Shown: in pieces, positions 63,468 to 64,000 of the stretch
How the letters are laid out: every line of letters starts with the position of its first letter
Position numbering within the stretch: position 1 is the first letter of the stretch
From: Ginglymostoma cirratum
Lineage: Eukaryota
Length of the DNA stretch: 64,000 nt
Direction: 5' to 3'
NCBI GenBank assembly: GCA_024137785.1
Contig: JAHRHZ010000054.1
Coordinates: 3,718,493-3,782,492, forward strand
Notes under the pieces: model-generated
Told to the model about the DNA's origin: nothing
Databases searched by the model: none
The model's input: the letters and a program-made list of their open reading frames with translations, nothing else
Program-made: the position numbers and the translations under genes

Positions 63468-64000
63468 ACTGTTCAGAATACTGTTCTGGTAATTATTATT
63501 GCACCTCAAGTCTTTACCATCTGACGGCCATGATGTAAACCCCACCACTTTCTGGGGTAAAATACAGAAAAACTGAAAATAGGAACATGTACTGACCTAT
63601 TGAGTCTACTCTGCCACTTAACAGGATAATAAATGATCACTTATGTCAATGATATACACCCGCTCTCGCTATTCTAAATAAGAACATGCCTGCTTGAGCA
63701 GTAAGCTTGTTTACATTAGAACTGTTAATAAGACATAATATTCTTCATTATTAGTTCTATCCGACAGACTTCATCTAAATGCAGATTGATCTTCATTCTG
63801 CATTCCCAAGCATAAAAATGATCTGTGCATTGACAAACAGCCAAGCAATATTAAATAGGGAAACCTCTTTTTCTTGAGGTAGGATGCTCATTTGAGCCCT
63901 TTAGGACGTGTAAGCCTCATTGAGAATTAAGCTCAGTACCCTTTAATCCAAAGTTGGGAACTTGACCAAATAAGCAGAAATGTGTCAGTTAGTTTTATGT

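Noticed and set aside
61642-64000. Search for the next upstream PTPN23 exon (~e8)
   Set aside because: No matching Bro1 peptide found; it lies outside the window

Overview
Eukaryotic genomic DNA, AT-rich and intron-rich. The repeat content (CR1/HER1-like LINEs, HE1-like V-SINEs, Deu-domain SINEs) points to a cartilaginous fish, probably a shark; this is inference. The window holds two convergent genes. On the + strand are the last 5 coding exons of SCAP (WD40 C-terminus, stop at 9135). On the - strand are the last 17 coding exons of PTPN23/HD-PTP (61641 to stop at 21747: end of Bro1, V/coiled-coil, a 2.5-kb proline/His-rich exon, pseudo-PTP domain, C-terminal tail). All exons were joined by hand in frame, and one PTPN23 intron needs a GC-AG donor. 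Introns are packed with LINE/SINE fragments. The most striking structure is a dispersed family of short Penelope-like fold-back insertions. The best-preserved copies carry a minimal hammerhead-ribozyme core (CTGAnGA-A-stemII-GAAAC-GTH), and several have 11-16 bp target-site duplications, an inverted 5' arm and a constant 35-37 nt 3' tail. One copy (26007-26775) carries in its hairpin loop a perfect 75-nt copy of host intron sequence from about 3.3 kb away. The PTPN23 P-loop reads HCSSGVRRT rather than the usual HCSSGVGRT. The 400-N gap is flanked by an 87-bp exact overlap and is probably a false gap. Exon numbers are by analogy to human genes from memory. TE boundaries are approximate.
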